64,000 nucleotides of DNA. It comes from Botryllus schlosseri (lineage: Eukaryota). Below are positions 39,043-52,227 of the stretch, piece after piece. Position numbers and translations under genes: made by a program. Location of the stretch: positions 4,342,001-4,406,000 of the forward strand of contig CM119371.1 of assembly GCA_051294905.1 (NCBI GenBank). The letters are read 5' to 3'. The number at the start of each line of letters is the position of its first letter. Within the stretch, counting starts at the first letter, position 1. The notes under the pieces were generated by a model. It did no database searches and was not told the DNA's origin. It saw only the letters and a list, made by a program, of their open reading frames with translations.

Positions 39043-40151
39043 TCAGGGGTGTACAAACTTTTCAGCTCGCGGGCCGCATTCACGCTCTGAATTCGTTCGC
39101 GGGTCGCAATGTAGTATAATCCGAATAGTAAGGCAAGGTAACGATATAGTTACCGAAGACATGGGGATAATACATGTTTGATATAGATATATTAAAACAA
39201 TTTAAATATTGATTTGCTGATAATGCACAGCATGTGTCAAAAACATTAACCAGATTCTACAAGCTGGTCAATGGCAATCTTCAATCAATCAAAATTAGGG
39301 ATGAAATTATAGGATATCACAATTTAAATACGTGAGCACTGAGCAGCTTTCCGCTCATATAGATATGTTGATTCAGCGTTTGGGTTTGGTCCAACTTCGA
39401 GACCACACAATCCTGACAGTGTCATTACCTTCAAGTAGCAAAAAGCTTAGTGTATTAAACTTGCCTTGTGACTTATGTGGATAAATCAACATAATTTACT
39501 GCTGTCTCAAACACTTGAATAATTCGGTTTATTTATTTTCCACCTCGTAATTGGCTAAATTGTGCCTCTAATTGTAATGACGGATTCAAGTGGTGCTTCA
39601 AATTGCGGTTACGAATTCATTATAATAATGTCATATTACAGGAGTATCTATCAGTTGATTCTTTATTAATCGCAATGCATATCTTCAACTTAACGCTTTT
39701 AATATTGATTTGGACAACTCATTATAATTGTTAATAAGTAATGAATAATAATTTGCCCCTAATTCCGCATATAGAGGACGAAATCCACCTAACACGCACG
39801 AAACGGTTTGCCAAGTATACAGCACTGACAGTTCTAATCTAAAATCATAATTTTAATCCTCACTGAAGTCATTTCTGTTTTGATTTTCGTGGATGTTTAG
39901 CCACCCAAACGGGTCAAAATGCGTGGACTATTGCTCCAACAATAAAAAATCAATATTAAGATTATAGCCTACCACAATCAATATCATGATGAAATATCCT
40001 ACGAAAAAGTTTTTTCAATTCGCTCAAGCAATTTAATTCTTACTGCGGATTTTATCAATGTATCTATATCCTTTCTCGATGCCTTCCCGGGCCGCACAAA
40101 AAGTAGTCACGGCCGCACGAGGCCCGCGGGCCGTAGTATGCCCAACTATGC
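39043..40151. mobile_element. hAT non-autonomous element (partial second copy at ~43070-43700)
   Basis: Starts caggggtgtacaaactt...gcgggccgca and ends gcgggccgtagtatgcccaactatg. Confidence 0.65.
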
Positions 40152-41285
40152 TATAAATGATGTAATGGATATATTATGACATAAACAGCGAAGGATGTCA
40201 CGGTGTCTCATTTAAAAGAAAGTAGTCTTATTCGAGGCATTTTCACCGCAATCGTTATATTGTCTTTGGACAATAGGCTATGTCTTCAAAGATAAGTTTT
40301 TGCAAGCAAACGAAATGCAGTCGTTAGTAATCGTGATTTCTTTGCCAAGGGAATCGTAATCGCGATTGACTAACTTGGGATTTTACTGTAATCGTAATCG
40401 TAATCGCGTACGTTTTGCATGTAACGCGTTTTATTGTGGCGTAGGCAACGTTTAAAATTCGAGTTGTCAAACTCCGGTTGAATTTCATTGCTGCAATATT
40501 CGAGAATCCAAACAAAATACTGGCAGTTCATAAATATTTCATTGACATGACATTAGACACGTAGTATTTGGATAGGGACGAATATATTTCTGATTCGATG
40601 AGCTTTTGTCATTTATTATGAGTTCGGATTCGCTTCGAAAGTGAATGATTTTTTCCGTGTAAACCTGTTACAAAATATATTCAAACCACATGCGATAGAC
40701 GGATTCCGACATAAACCTGGTATACTCGACGACTTTAACACATCAAATCACTAGAGAAATATTTAGTCGATTACGAGATTGTGTCGTAGTGGATCTTGCT
40801 TCCATTCTAACGATTGTCTGATATCGCTGGAAGACAAGCTCCGAATTCATTAAGAAGTTGGCACCAACCATTGCTTTAAAAAAATAAACCTAGCATAAAA
40901 TTGCTGCCGTAAATCAATGACTCACCTCTAAAGTATAAAACTTTCAACTCAGTATCGGCATCCTTTGCAATCTTCCGAGCTTTGTCCAATTCGTCTCCTT
41001 CTAACATATCAGTTTGATACACGTGTCTCAATGTTACTTTCTTCAAATTACAATTATTGACGAGAGACGAAATCTCAGCAAGTGAAGGACAACTCGGAAA
41101 GTCGAATATGCATCGGATAAATTCAATCTGCGGTGGTACACCATTATTATTATTACTTTGCATCATAGTGATGATCGCCGCAATTGGTGGCATTTTAATC
41201 GCATATATTTTGTTACATTGTACTCCAGATCGACTTATTTCTAAAAATCAGTAAGTCCGCAACTGCGGCGGATTACTCGGACTGG

Positions 41286-42433
41286 CAGGGCATGGTATGG
41301 TATGGTATGGAAGTATGGTATGGTATGGATCGATATTTTGGTATGGAATATGGAACAATGCAAGTCTGGTATGGAATGGAAGATTTTATTCTATGGTATG
41401 GAACGACATTTCCATACTTCTATACTTTGGTATTCATACATTTTCTCATGATCTGTGCAAGCTTCATGGAGGGTACGTTGTTCGCTGTTCACGGAATACG
41501 ATCGATTTTGTTTGTTATGTGTGAACGTGAACTGTTGATCGCTGTGTAGGAACAAATACACCAGACGGTTTTATAAGAGCACTTGGAATGATATGATTTT
41601 GTGATGTAATAATGACAACAGTAATGTTGATCCGATATTCTACTGAGTCTAGACCAGTGGTTCTTAACCTTTTTTCCTCCAGCGCCCACTTTCAAAGATT
41701 ATCGTGCTCCAGCGCCCCCCAACCTCATATTGTAAGGAATGTGATAAAGACAATGAGTAAGAGGAAGGGCCGTAGCAGCACTTCGTCAACCCTCCTAAAA
41801 ACGATTGCCTTGCGCACTCATAGCCTAATAAACCAAATTTCTGAGGGCTTCGCGTGATTTCGATGGTCAGCAAAGTTTGTGTGATCTGGTCGCCCTAGGT
41901 GCCAAAATGTTCTATAATGCATGAATGAATAGGTGGTAATTATATATATATATATATATGTCGCTATATACTTTTAATCCTCTCAGCCCGCGTAATCAGA
42001 TTTACCTGTAGCGCTGAGTGAGCTGTTGTATTGGAAAATAAAGGGCACGTAATTGTTAATTAAACATATTCGGGCGTGCCCGTAGGTACAATTAATTCGT
42101 AACAGCCCTTCGTCACCCCCCAAAGAACGTTGGTCTTGGGCCCCCATATGGTGATAAACCAAACTTCCGGGGGGCTTCGCCCCAAGTCCCCGATCCCCCT
42201 TCGGCTATCCGCTAAGAAATAATGACATCCGAAATATCAATACCGGTAAAACAGGTGCTAGAAAAGGCACCATACTTATGATATTGAAGTATTTGAAAGT
42301 ATGGAATATGTATCGAGTATGGTATGGAACAATGTTGGTATGGTATGGAAAATTGCAAGTATGGTATGGAGAGAGGAAGGCAAGTATGGAGTATGGAAAA
42401 TCCTTGTTCCACACCATAGCATACCATGCCCTG
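41286..42433. mobile_element. MITE with TATGG microrepeats, containing a nested hAT fragment (41655-~42200)
   Basis: Termini cagggcatggtatg...cataccatgccctg. The nested part matches 56464-56900 and about 15830-16000. Confidence 0.7.
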
Positions 42434-43723
42434 CGTAAGTTAAATATTATGAAAGTCATTCGAAATATGCAAACAGACGATAATTACTACCTTCTTTTGC
42501 TGACAAGATTCAAACATCTTTGTGAAATAATTCCATGTCGTAAAACAAAAAATCGCATGGATATTGACCAGACTTGAAATTGTCATTCCACGCTCCAAAA
42601 TTCTGCTATAATCATCGACGGATATTTGGCCATTCACAGCAATATCCAGGATGTCAAACTAAATGACAATGGAATATATGTTCAGTTTTAATTTAAGTTT
42701 TACAAAAAACGAACCAATTATGCCTGAATATTTCACAAATTTGCAGAACCGATTAGGAATTAGTTCTGTACTGTGGGCCCACTGACCCCCATGGGCCCGA
42801 GAAGCGTAATCAGGAAGCTCTGAAAAGCTTCAAATTTTTAACAGGAAGGATAATCTAATTTATGATCCTCTAAGCTCAGTTGAATCATCACATCGTAAAG
42901 TTCTACTTCAAATCGTAGTTTCAGAATACAGATCTCATCGCCGGGTCGCATAGTTTAGCAATTAATCGAATTTTGCTACTTTCCTATTAGCAGGATGCAT
43001 TTTCGCGACTGACGCAGAATGACTAATTATAATACAAATGGGTGTAGCCAAGGGGTGGGCAAACTTTTGAGCTCGCGGGCCGCATTCAACATCTGAATCC
43101 ATTCGCGGGCCGCACTATAAACCAAAACGCAATATTGGTATTTGATTATATAGTGAGGACATGGAGATAATATATATGCTTATTTAAAACAAAACAAACA
43201 TTGCTTTGATGATATTGTACACGCGTCAGAAACAGTGGCGAGATTTCATAGGCTGGTTGACCTCAATAACCAATTTGTCAAAACTATAGAGATGAAAGTT
43301 CGTCGTCCCGATTCTTAGAACAGGATTAAAATTTAAATCTGTGAGCAGCGATCTGTTTATAGATATACTAAATCCACTTTTGATTCAGTTTCAGGATACA
43401 CAATGCTGACAGCATCATAACCATGTTAGCTTCAAACACGTTTCTACTACGTGTAGATAAAATATAAATACCATATTTCTACCCATACAGAGCACGAATC
43501 TACCTGCAACACGCGCGAATCGTTTTTCATAAGCGCATCACTGAAATAATTAAAACTGGAGTGGCCAATCTGAAATCACACTCGTGATCCGAATTATGTC
43601 AATCTCGTTTAGGATTTCTGTGATGTTTTGCAGTTAAACCTTTCAAACTGCATGAACCTTGAGATCGGACTGTCGCGCCATAAATCAAACATAAAAAAAT
43701 AATTTGAAGTATTTACCTTAGAA

Positions 43724-44448
43724 CAGTAGTTCTCAAACTTTTAAAGACACGCCCTCCCCCCCCCCTTATAATGGTGAAAAATTTCGCCCCCTTCCCCTTC
43801 CCCCTCCCCCTTATTGCCATGTTACAAAACGCAACCAGGATGCTAGCGAACAGTGGTGGCTTTTGGGGTGGGCGAGGTGGGCGGTCGCCCAGGCCCCCTG
43901 GTCGAAGGCCAGATCCCCTATTTTGATCATACGCTTTTTTCAAGGATAATAACGAATAAACATGGAAATAGGTGTACCAAGCAAGAATATGATTCCGTAC
44001 AGATGTTTCAATCATTATCAAGTCTCTGCATTTGTTAGAAAAGTCCCGTATCCCGATAATCATCACATCTCTGCATGCGGTAGAATTACTTAGTTTCGAT
44101 GTAGTCTATCCTTGCACACATGCAACAATAGACATGGCCGAATCCAGCACCTGGCCAAACCTTTGCCGGGGTGAAATATGGATTATAATACCAGATGCGA
44201 AGGGGGGGTCTGGGGGTGGACCCTCCCAGAACTTACGGTTGGATACTTAAAGGGGGCCCCCAGTAAGTCTCGCCCAGCCCCCCCTCCCCCCATCCGTTCG
44301 CAGAGCCACCACTGCTAGCAAACCTAACCGATAGTTCGACGACATGGAAGGTTACTACTGTTGATGAGAGATTATTAAATATGTCAGTTGAGATCAGCTT
44401 TGCGCCCCGCTACAGATGCTTTCACGCCCCCTAGTTTGAGAATCACGG
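43724..44448. mobile_element. hAT MITE with a nested hAT MITE (43851-44314)
   Basis: Outer TSD ccttagaa/ctttagaa. Inner TIR cagtggtggct/agccaccactg with TSD ctagcgaa/ctagcaaa. Confidence 0.75.
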
Positions 44449-44783
44449 CTTTAGAATTATCATGGTGAGATATACAATGAAAAGGGGGCGAAATCTTTCA
44501 CCATCATAAGGGGGGGGGGGGCGTGTCTTTAAAATTTTGAGAACCACATCCGTGAAAGCACAGACACTGGGCTTTATTAAATGCATTGTCGTAGTACACC
44601 ACTGATGCTTTTCGAGAATCCGAATCCCTCCGACAACTTTAGTGTCTGAGAAAAACTCCCTCCGACTCTGAAGATCTCAATCCCAGACTCCAAGATACTT
44701 CGAAGAATATCGTCCAGTATCCGAAATACGTAAGGAGGAATCTGACTATAGAAGACTGCGATGACACCAACGTTGAAAGTTCT

Positions 44784-44880
44784 GGGGGATTATAGCGTAA
44801 AGTGGCGACGATAAGCGCCTATGAAACGGGTGAACCCGGTTCGATTCCCGTCGGAGGTTTATCTTGGCTCCTCATCCCCC
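44784..44880 (+). mobile_element. tRNA-derived SINE head
   Basis: A-box-like tagcgtaaagtgg and B box ggttcgattcc, with no complete acceptor stem. Confidence 0.55.
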
Positions 44881-45476
44881 GACGTCGCCGTTCTCACGGC
44901 GACAAAAAGACCCGACGAAATAAAACGCACTCACAAGAAATGGAAAGAACTGGGCGGCTTCAAATACATCAACATCGAAAAGAACTGTGACATCGGGTAC
45001 TTGGCCGAGGTGGATGTAAGTCTAAAATGATGGCAACTGCGCGGCGTTCGATATCCTGATATCTATTTGCTCATTACATCGCATTGTGTCTTATCGCATT
45101 GTGCATTGTGTGTGACTTGTTCAGATGAAAAACATAACCCAACGATTATCATATTCTTTATTCACAGTAGAACTGGTAAATACACACATACTCCGGGAAG
45201 CAACCTGCCCCCAAAAGAAAAGGGCGAGATTGGAGTATTGAAGATTAATATTAATATTAATATTATCATCTTATATCGTAATATGGTGACATTCAGCCAT
45301 GGATTCAAAGACTGCAGGTTCAAAAACAGCATCTCAAGGCAGTGAGCAAATGATATGTGAATGATATTGGGCGCCTTTAATTGTATGAACTACAGACACT
45401 GCTCTACAAAAATGCCTTGCTAGATCACCAGTTAAGATAGCTCATGGCCAATCATACCATTTTAACCAGTTATATG

Positions 45477-47553
45477 CAGGCCTGCTTATTTTTGGATATT
45501 GGGTTTTATTTTTGGAGATGCTCCAAAAATAAGATTTGGAAACATCCAAAAATAACCTTTTTTTCGATGATGTTTTTTTCAAGTTTTGTAGTAAAATAAG
45601 CGAGTTAAAGCAGTGTAAATACTTTTGAAACAGCTAGGAAACTCACAAAAACACACACACAAAACGAAAACAGCATTTGTGTGATGGAGGGGGTCTTGAA
45701 ACGTTGAAAGTAGTGCTAGTATGGTGACGCGCTCCACTCGGCCCTGTGCTGCAGGCCAAATACCGCCACCTCTATACAACAATCACTTCGTCGACACGAT
45801 GCTGGGACTGAATGGCTACCTCAGACGGTAACAAAACTTCATCCAGGAAATAAAAGTACGTGCTCCAATTTTTTTGACACCTTGACACCCGTTGGTTGTC
45901 AATGAATAAGGCGAACACTTGTATGACCAGACATTGTACCAAACTCATCGAGGCTATGAACAGGGAATGTCCGACTTGTGCACCTTCTTCGCAATGGTGG
46001 ATCCAACTGATCGTTCTCGATCGCATGACCACAGAGCTGAGCACCACAGTCACGAAGCTTCAGGGACTTGGCTTTCTGATCGTGGCGCAGCAGGAGGAGC
46101 TCCATCGCATGGTCGAACGCCTTCGAGCTCTGTGCCCAGCAGAAGACTGGGTTAGTGACACGCACGACAAGGAAGGTTTTCTGATCAGAGGGTGCTGGGC
46201 TGTCAGGTTCAATGAGGCACACAACTTGGTGTAAGATCAAGGGTGAGCAATTGCAATAATATCGACGAAGAGGAGAAGCATTTCACTTTCGAGGTAACCG
46301 ACAGGGTTCATCAACATCATAAAGAAAATTTAGGTTGCTCACAATGAAAGGGGTCAGCCGTGTCTACCACACCACGTGGTGTAACTCCGTAGGCACTAGG
46401 TGACAGGACACAACACCAGGGTCGGCTGTCGAACAAGTGGACCCCCGTGGAGATACAGAATATCGGAGACCGATCCCAATCCATGTTTCTCCGATGCACA
46501 TGGACGTAACTTACAAGAGCATTAATGACGAGCGCTTGTCACGAGCAAAGACTTATAAGATTGAAGAATTTGGAGAATTTGAAGCAGGGTTGTGACCAAG
46601 TCGCAATACTCCGAGTCACAAGTCAATCTCAGTTTTAAAATTTTGACTCGAGTCAAGTCGATTCATTTTCAATTCACCACCGAGTCAAGTCCGAGTCCAA
46701 GTCACCGAGCAGAGAGTCAAATCCGAGTGATGGTATTATGACTCGAGTCGAGTCAAAGTCATTGTTTTGACTGCCCAGTTTCCAGTTGACGGCTTGTTAA
46801 ATCCACTTTTTGTAACTCTGTTTGTTGATATCGAATAGTTCGCATTTATAATATACTAATTCTCGTCATTCTTAGCAGTTTCTGGACGCATGTCAAGTAC
46901 CGGTACCAATAGACGAAATCCCAATAGTGAGATTACTTTACTATGCATCGAAATTACAATGAAACGTCGGTCTTGGCCGTCTGAGTCTCGAGTCAAATGA
47001 CTTTGCTCGAGTCATGCGCAATGACTCGAGTCCAAGTCGAGTCATACACAAATTGACTCGAGTCGAGTCATTTCCGTATTTTGAGAAAATGACTCGAGTC
47101 AAGTCGAGTCATCTGAAAAACGTGACTAGAGTCGCACTCGAGTCTTGTCATGACTCGAGTCATTGCAACCCTGATTTGAAGCCATCCGACAGTTATTTGG
47201 ACATCGATGTTTCCCACAAATACGATGGTCGAGTCCGATTTCTAGAATATCAAGGGGGGAAGGTTTCGACCGGACGTCTCCCACTGACATTTTCTTTGGA
47301 GGGCATTTTCCAGGTCAAAGACTTTGTGACGAAAGTATTGGAAAGTTGGATCAAGATCACAGATGAGGTCGATGTGTCGGATGACATGAATATACATGAT
47401 AATAAAATACTTCCGTTCACGTCACTAGTAGTATTAGGGTTAAAAATACCACCATTTCTTATTTTTGGAGATTCTCCAAAAATAAAATTTGAAAACATCC
47501 AAAACTAAGCTATGTTTGTTATTTTTGGAGAAATTTAAAAATAAACAGGCCTG
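45477..47553 (+). mobile_element. Deleted hAT transposon with transposase relics
   Basis: TIR caggcctg with tatttttgga subterminal repeats. Relics DTRWLS...PSSQWWI...KLQG (45884-46234) and FPTNTMVESDF...FSLEGIFQVK (~47200-47325). Confidence 0.75.
46585..47173. mobile_element. hAT-type MITE (GACTCGAGTC family) nested in the hAT relic
   Basis: Termini cagggttg...caaccctg. Perfect TSD atttgaag. Confidence 0.88.
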
Positions 47554-48626
47554 GTTAGGTTATATGTCACGAGAGTGGCGAAAATGGTACACTTGGTAAT
47601 GGTAATGTTTTATGAAGTATATGTGAATAATGTGATAAAATGGTTTGTCTTTCTCCCTACCTCAATCGCATTGCAGATGACTGATTTTTATTCACTTGGA
47701 TCATTGGCAAACATTTTTGCATGTTACCCGTCATATTACAAGGTGTTAACTGTCTGTGTTTTGGATTTTAATCAATAGTCACTTCTGGTCAGAGCTATCC
47801 AAAGATACCAGAGGCAAAAGTTAAAACACTCCGAAAATCTCCGAAAATATATCTGTAGTAAACTCCGACTCCGCTCCAAGTGGCGCAAAATTGGCAAAAA
47901 TCTGGTCCGAATACTCTCCGACTCCGCTCCGATGCTCATCACTGTGATACACAAGGCGGTAATATGGAATAAGCGCCATTGCCGTCGTCGTGCGATAATA
48001 ATGATGCCGCATGCTTCGGCCATACCGTAAGACATTTTCGGAACCATTATGATTACGTGTTATTATTCTGTTCACATATTTTTGTGAGGTGGGTGTTCAG
48101 CTGTTCACCATGCAGCTCACGTTCAAATAAAATCAAAGTGATGGATTTTCAAATCACGACCACAAATTTTAATACTGGTGGCTGACATGCAGCCGCAATA
48201 ATTTCACTAAGAAACAATAAATCACAAATTTCGCATATTATGATGTGAACTTCAATAAAAGCGCAATTCCTGCAATAGACATCAGCCCTAAGGTAGGCCT
48301 ATTACTTGATAGCAGTTACATGATAATTGAGCTGAATTTAAATAACACTCTGGGGTTTCGCGGGAACTTTGACAAACAGATAAGGTCTGAGAGCTACTAG
48401 TAATTGAGTCTGATTTCCAATGGAATAATAAAGAGTTTGGAAACATTTCTAATACCAAATTAGGAATCGTACCTGATATCTTGGGGAGGACGTTTCAATC
48501 AAGGACCAATCGATATTTGTTTCTTCTGTCCAATCGAGCAATATTTTACTGATCTGAACAGCATTTTGCTTTCTTGAGGCAAGGTCAAAAAGATGATGAT
48601 TATCCAACAAAATCATTCTCCATATA

Positions 48627-51600
48627 GGGAGATGTGGCACCGATGGATGAAAAATTGCAAAATGATCTCTCGCCATCAAATCTTCAGCCGAGAATAGCGG
48701 ATAATTTGCTGTCTCAACGCATTGATACAAGCTCTACCTATCGCGGACATTTACATAGATATCCTACTTTTCGAAAAATATTTATAAACGTATAAAATTT
48801 GTTGCTCGAACCTATCATCGGTCCCCTACCGGTGGGTCCAATGGCACACGACCATGGGACCTATGAGACATACGCTCAAAACTCGATTTTTTCAACATGT
48901 TTTGTTGTGTACTATAATCTACGCTGCAGCCTGCCAATGAAGAATGTTTCGTCGCCACATACAAGAATAAAATAGATTATATCAACTCCAATGTTGGGAT
49001 AAAATCAAGTTTTGATTTCGGCAGAAACTTACAAAATTAATGTCACATACATATTACCGGAATATCGACATTTTGACTTTCAAATACCTCGTTATAGGGA
49101 TAAAACACAACAGGTAACTACAATTTACAGCCTATATATATTTAGGCGCGTTCCTGTTGCTAAGTGATTAGTTGGTCAAACTATTTTGCTTGATTTCGCT
49201 ATGGTACCATAGGTTCCCCACTCTATAAATATTGCAATTGAATTGAAAATAGTCCACTGGAGGATGGTATTGATTCAAAAAATATGTGGCATTATATACC
49301 CTGATACAATGTCCTATAACTCACATCAAAAATTATTGCGGGTTTGTTAGTCTGGAAGGGGATATAGAAAATGTACATGTCGATCCAAATTTACTTTTCA
49401 CCCCCAAAACGCAAATCAATTTTTACAGATCCCATAACTCACGAAAATCGACTTTTTTTGCATGTGAGGAAAGGTTTCTCCAGCATACCATTGTATACAA
49501 AGTCGCGTACTGTAATCATGGGATGATCACAGATGATTATTCAAGTATTTTCGGTCCCAATGTCTCATCGGTACCACGTCTCCCTACTTACAATGGTCAT
49601 TCGTTAGATTTATTTCGATCATTCATAATGCATGATACACTGTCTACGTTTCATTCGCATTCTTGAGTATGTGTTCATGTTAGAATCATCTATAAATATT
49701 CTATATTGTATAGAAACTCTACTTCCGATCCTTAATGTGGCAAAAATACTTTCTCAGAAATCTTGGGGTCGAAACACTATTGCTTTGCTTTTTTCCACTC
49801 ATGATGTTATTGTATGGTAGTACAAATTGCAAATATATGTGATGCTGTCGCTTATATTATCTGAAAGCGGATTTATTTCCGAATATTAGAACATACTGAA
49901 AACGGTGTAACACTAGGCAGTGAGCACGGATATAAAAGTAGGCCTACCATAATTTTAACAGACGAATATTACTCACTAATGACTATAAACATTATGATAT
50001 ATTTGAAAAAGTGAACCGATATCTACATATGCCGACAATCCAATAGATTCAAAGTGACGTTTGATCTCGACGGCAATGACTGATTCGTGATTTTACCGAA
50101 ATATAACCTGAAACTATATTCGATGTTGTTCGGACGCGGCTGCGAGAGGTGCAATTATCTTGAACAATTATCGTTGCCGCCGCATAATTTCACCCTTCAA
50201 TGAGTTCGGCATCCGACACTGCTTCGTTAGTGTGACGCATGAATAGTTTATTGTATTTCACCACTACACGACACGTGCTTGTTTCATTTGGAACCGCGCG
50301 CTGTGCTGAAAGGAGCGATATCTGTCGTGTATTAGTTAGGGCCGTATCATTGTAGTTAGGGTTAGATGTGGCGTTGATGTGTATTTAATTGTCATATTTG
50401 ATTGCATTAAGAATTTGGTATAAAACTTTCGGTCAATTATTTTATCGCTGGGAATTTGTGTCATCAAAAAACTGTACTTCCAAGAAGACCCGTGTTTGAC
50501 TTACAGCCGAAGCGTGGACAGCTGACAGTGCAGCGTGGTCGTGTACCCAAAATAGACTTCAAAATTCCGCGGTTACAATTAATTATTACCGATTAAAAAA
50601 AAATTAAAGAAGGCTTGACGCATTTTAGTTAACCTGAAACTAAAAATATCAGAAATGTTACTGACCTTTTTCATTTTCCATTTCGATAACTCCATCAAAT
50701 CGTCCTGTTTTGCATATATATGCCCAGGACAATTGATTTTAATAATTTTTGCTTTGAAAAGTGTTCTGAGAAATGTCACTGTAGTGAGGCGGACAAGCCG
50801 AGAAAATATCAATGTGGATTTCTGTGAAAAGCAAGTTACGTCACTATCTCTCAACAACAAACCTATTACTGCAGCATAATCTTAGTTATACGTTCAAGAG
50901 ATTTTCACGACTATTGAATGTCGCCACAACAATCGAATCACTCTCATTAAATCACGTACTTATAAAGGTGAAGCCACTGTTCGAGAACTTTCCTAGCTTA
51001 CGCTAAACAGACATATACAAAGAGAAAATCCAACTAGGAAAGCGCGGAAACGGTCTTGGATTGGATCGGTCAGAGTAGCCTATATTAAAATATTTGACCT
51101 AGACGTTTGCTTATGATAATAATCAACTGACACTGACCCTTTTATTGTCAATATGATGATGAATCCGGTGGATTGCATTATATTATTGAGACAAATTGAT
51201 CTAGCATATAGGCCTGCAACTTCAGTTTATCCCGGACTAAGGCATGATTTTACCTATAAGAAATGAATATTGTTCTTTCGAGTCGAGAAGTCGGGGAGAT
51301 GTGGTACCGATTAATTACCGAAATTAATACCGAAAAATTCTTTGTAATAATCCCATGATTACAGCACGCAACTTTGTCTACAATAGCATGCTGGCAGAAT
51401 CTCTCAACATACGCAAACAATTTCGAACTGCGTGAGTGATGATTTAAGTTTTAGTGAGTGCAAAGTAAAATTGAATCGAAATATACATTTTTTATATCAC
51501 CTTCCAGACTAACAAACCCGCAATAATTTTTAGGGCTTGTATCAGAGTATATAATGCCGCATATATTTTTGAATCAATGCCATCATCGAGTGAACTATGT

Positions 51601-52227
51601 TTAATTCAATTACAATATTTATAAGGTGGGGAACCTCAATAGTACCAGAGCTAATTAAAGTAATTTAGGTGGATCAACTAATCAATTAACAATAGTAGTA
51701 ACACGCCTACATATATAGAGGCTGTAAATCTTAGTAACCTGTAGTGTTTTATCGCTATACGAGGTATTTGAAAGTCAAAATGTCAATTTTCGGTAATATG
51801 TATGTGACAATAATTTTGTAAGTTTCGGCGGAAAGCAAAACGTGATTTATACCAACATTTGATTTGATATAATCTATTTTGTTCTTTATGTGGCGACGAT
51901 ACATTCTTCATTGGCATGCTGCAGCATAGATTAAAGTACACAACAAAACAAGTTGAAAAAGTTGGAGTTTTGAGCGTACGTCTTATAGGTCCCATCGTCG
52001 TGTACCATTGGACCCACCGGGTGGGGACCGATGATAGGTTCGAGCAGCAAATTTCAAGCGTTTATAAATATTTTCCGAAAAGGAGAATATCCATGTAAAT
52101 GCCCGCGATAGTTAGAGCTTGTATCAAAGTGTTGAGACAGCAAAAGATCCGCTATTCACGGCTGATGATTTGAGGTCCAGAGATCATTTTGCAATTTTTG
52201 ATCTATCGGTAACACATCTCCCCTACT
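48627..52227. mobile_element. 3.6-kb element with two ~950-bp inverted arms, each itself TIR-bounded
   Basis: Arm A 48627-49585 and arm B 51293-52224 are reverse complements. Each starts gggagatgtgg(c/t)accgat and ends with the complement of that motif. tata flanks both sides. Confidence 0.8.

Noticed and set aside
41292..41549. WYG-repeat ORFs
   Set aside because: They are translations of TATGG microrepeats in a MITE.
44784..44860. tRNA gene
   Set aside because: A and B boxes are present but there is no acceptor stem or full cloverleaf, so it is treated as a SINE head.
47180..47400. Minus-strand exon of the NLR-like gene
   Set aside because: It lies inside the hAT element, and the plus strand carries hAT C-terminal motifs.
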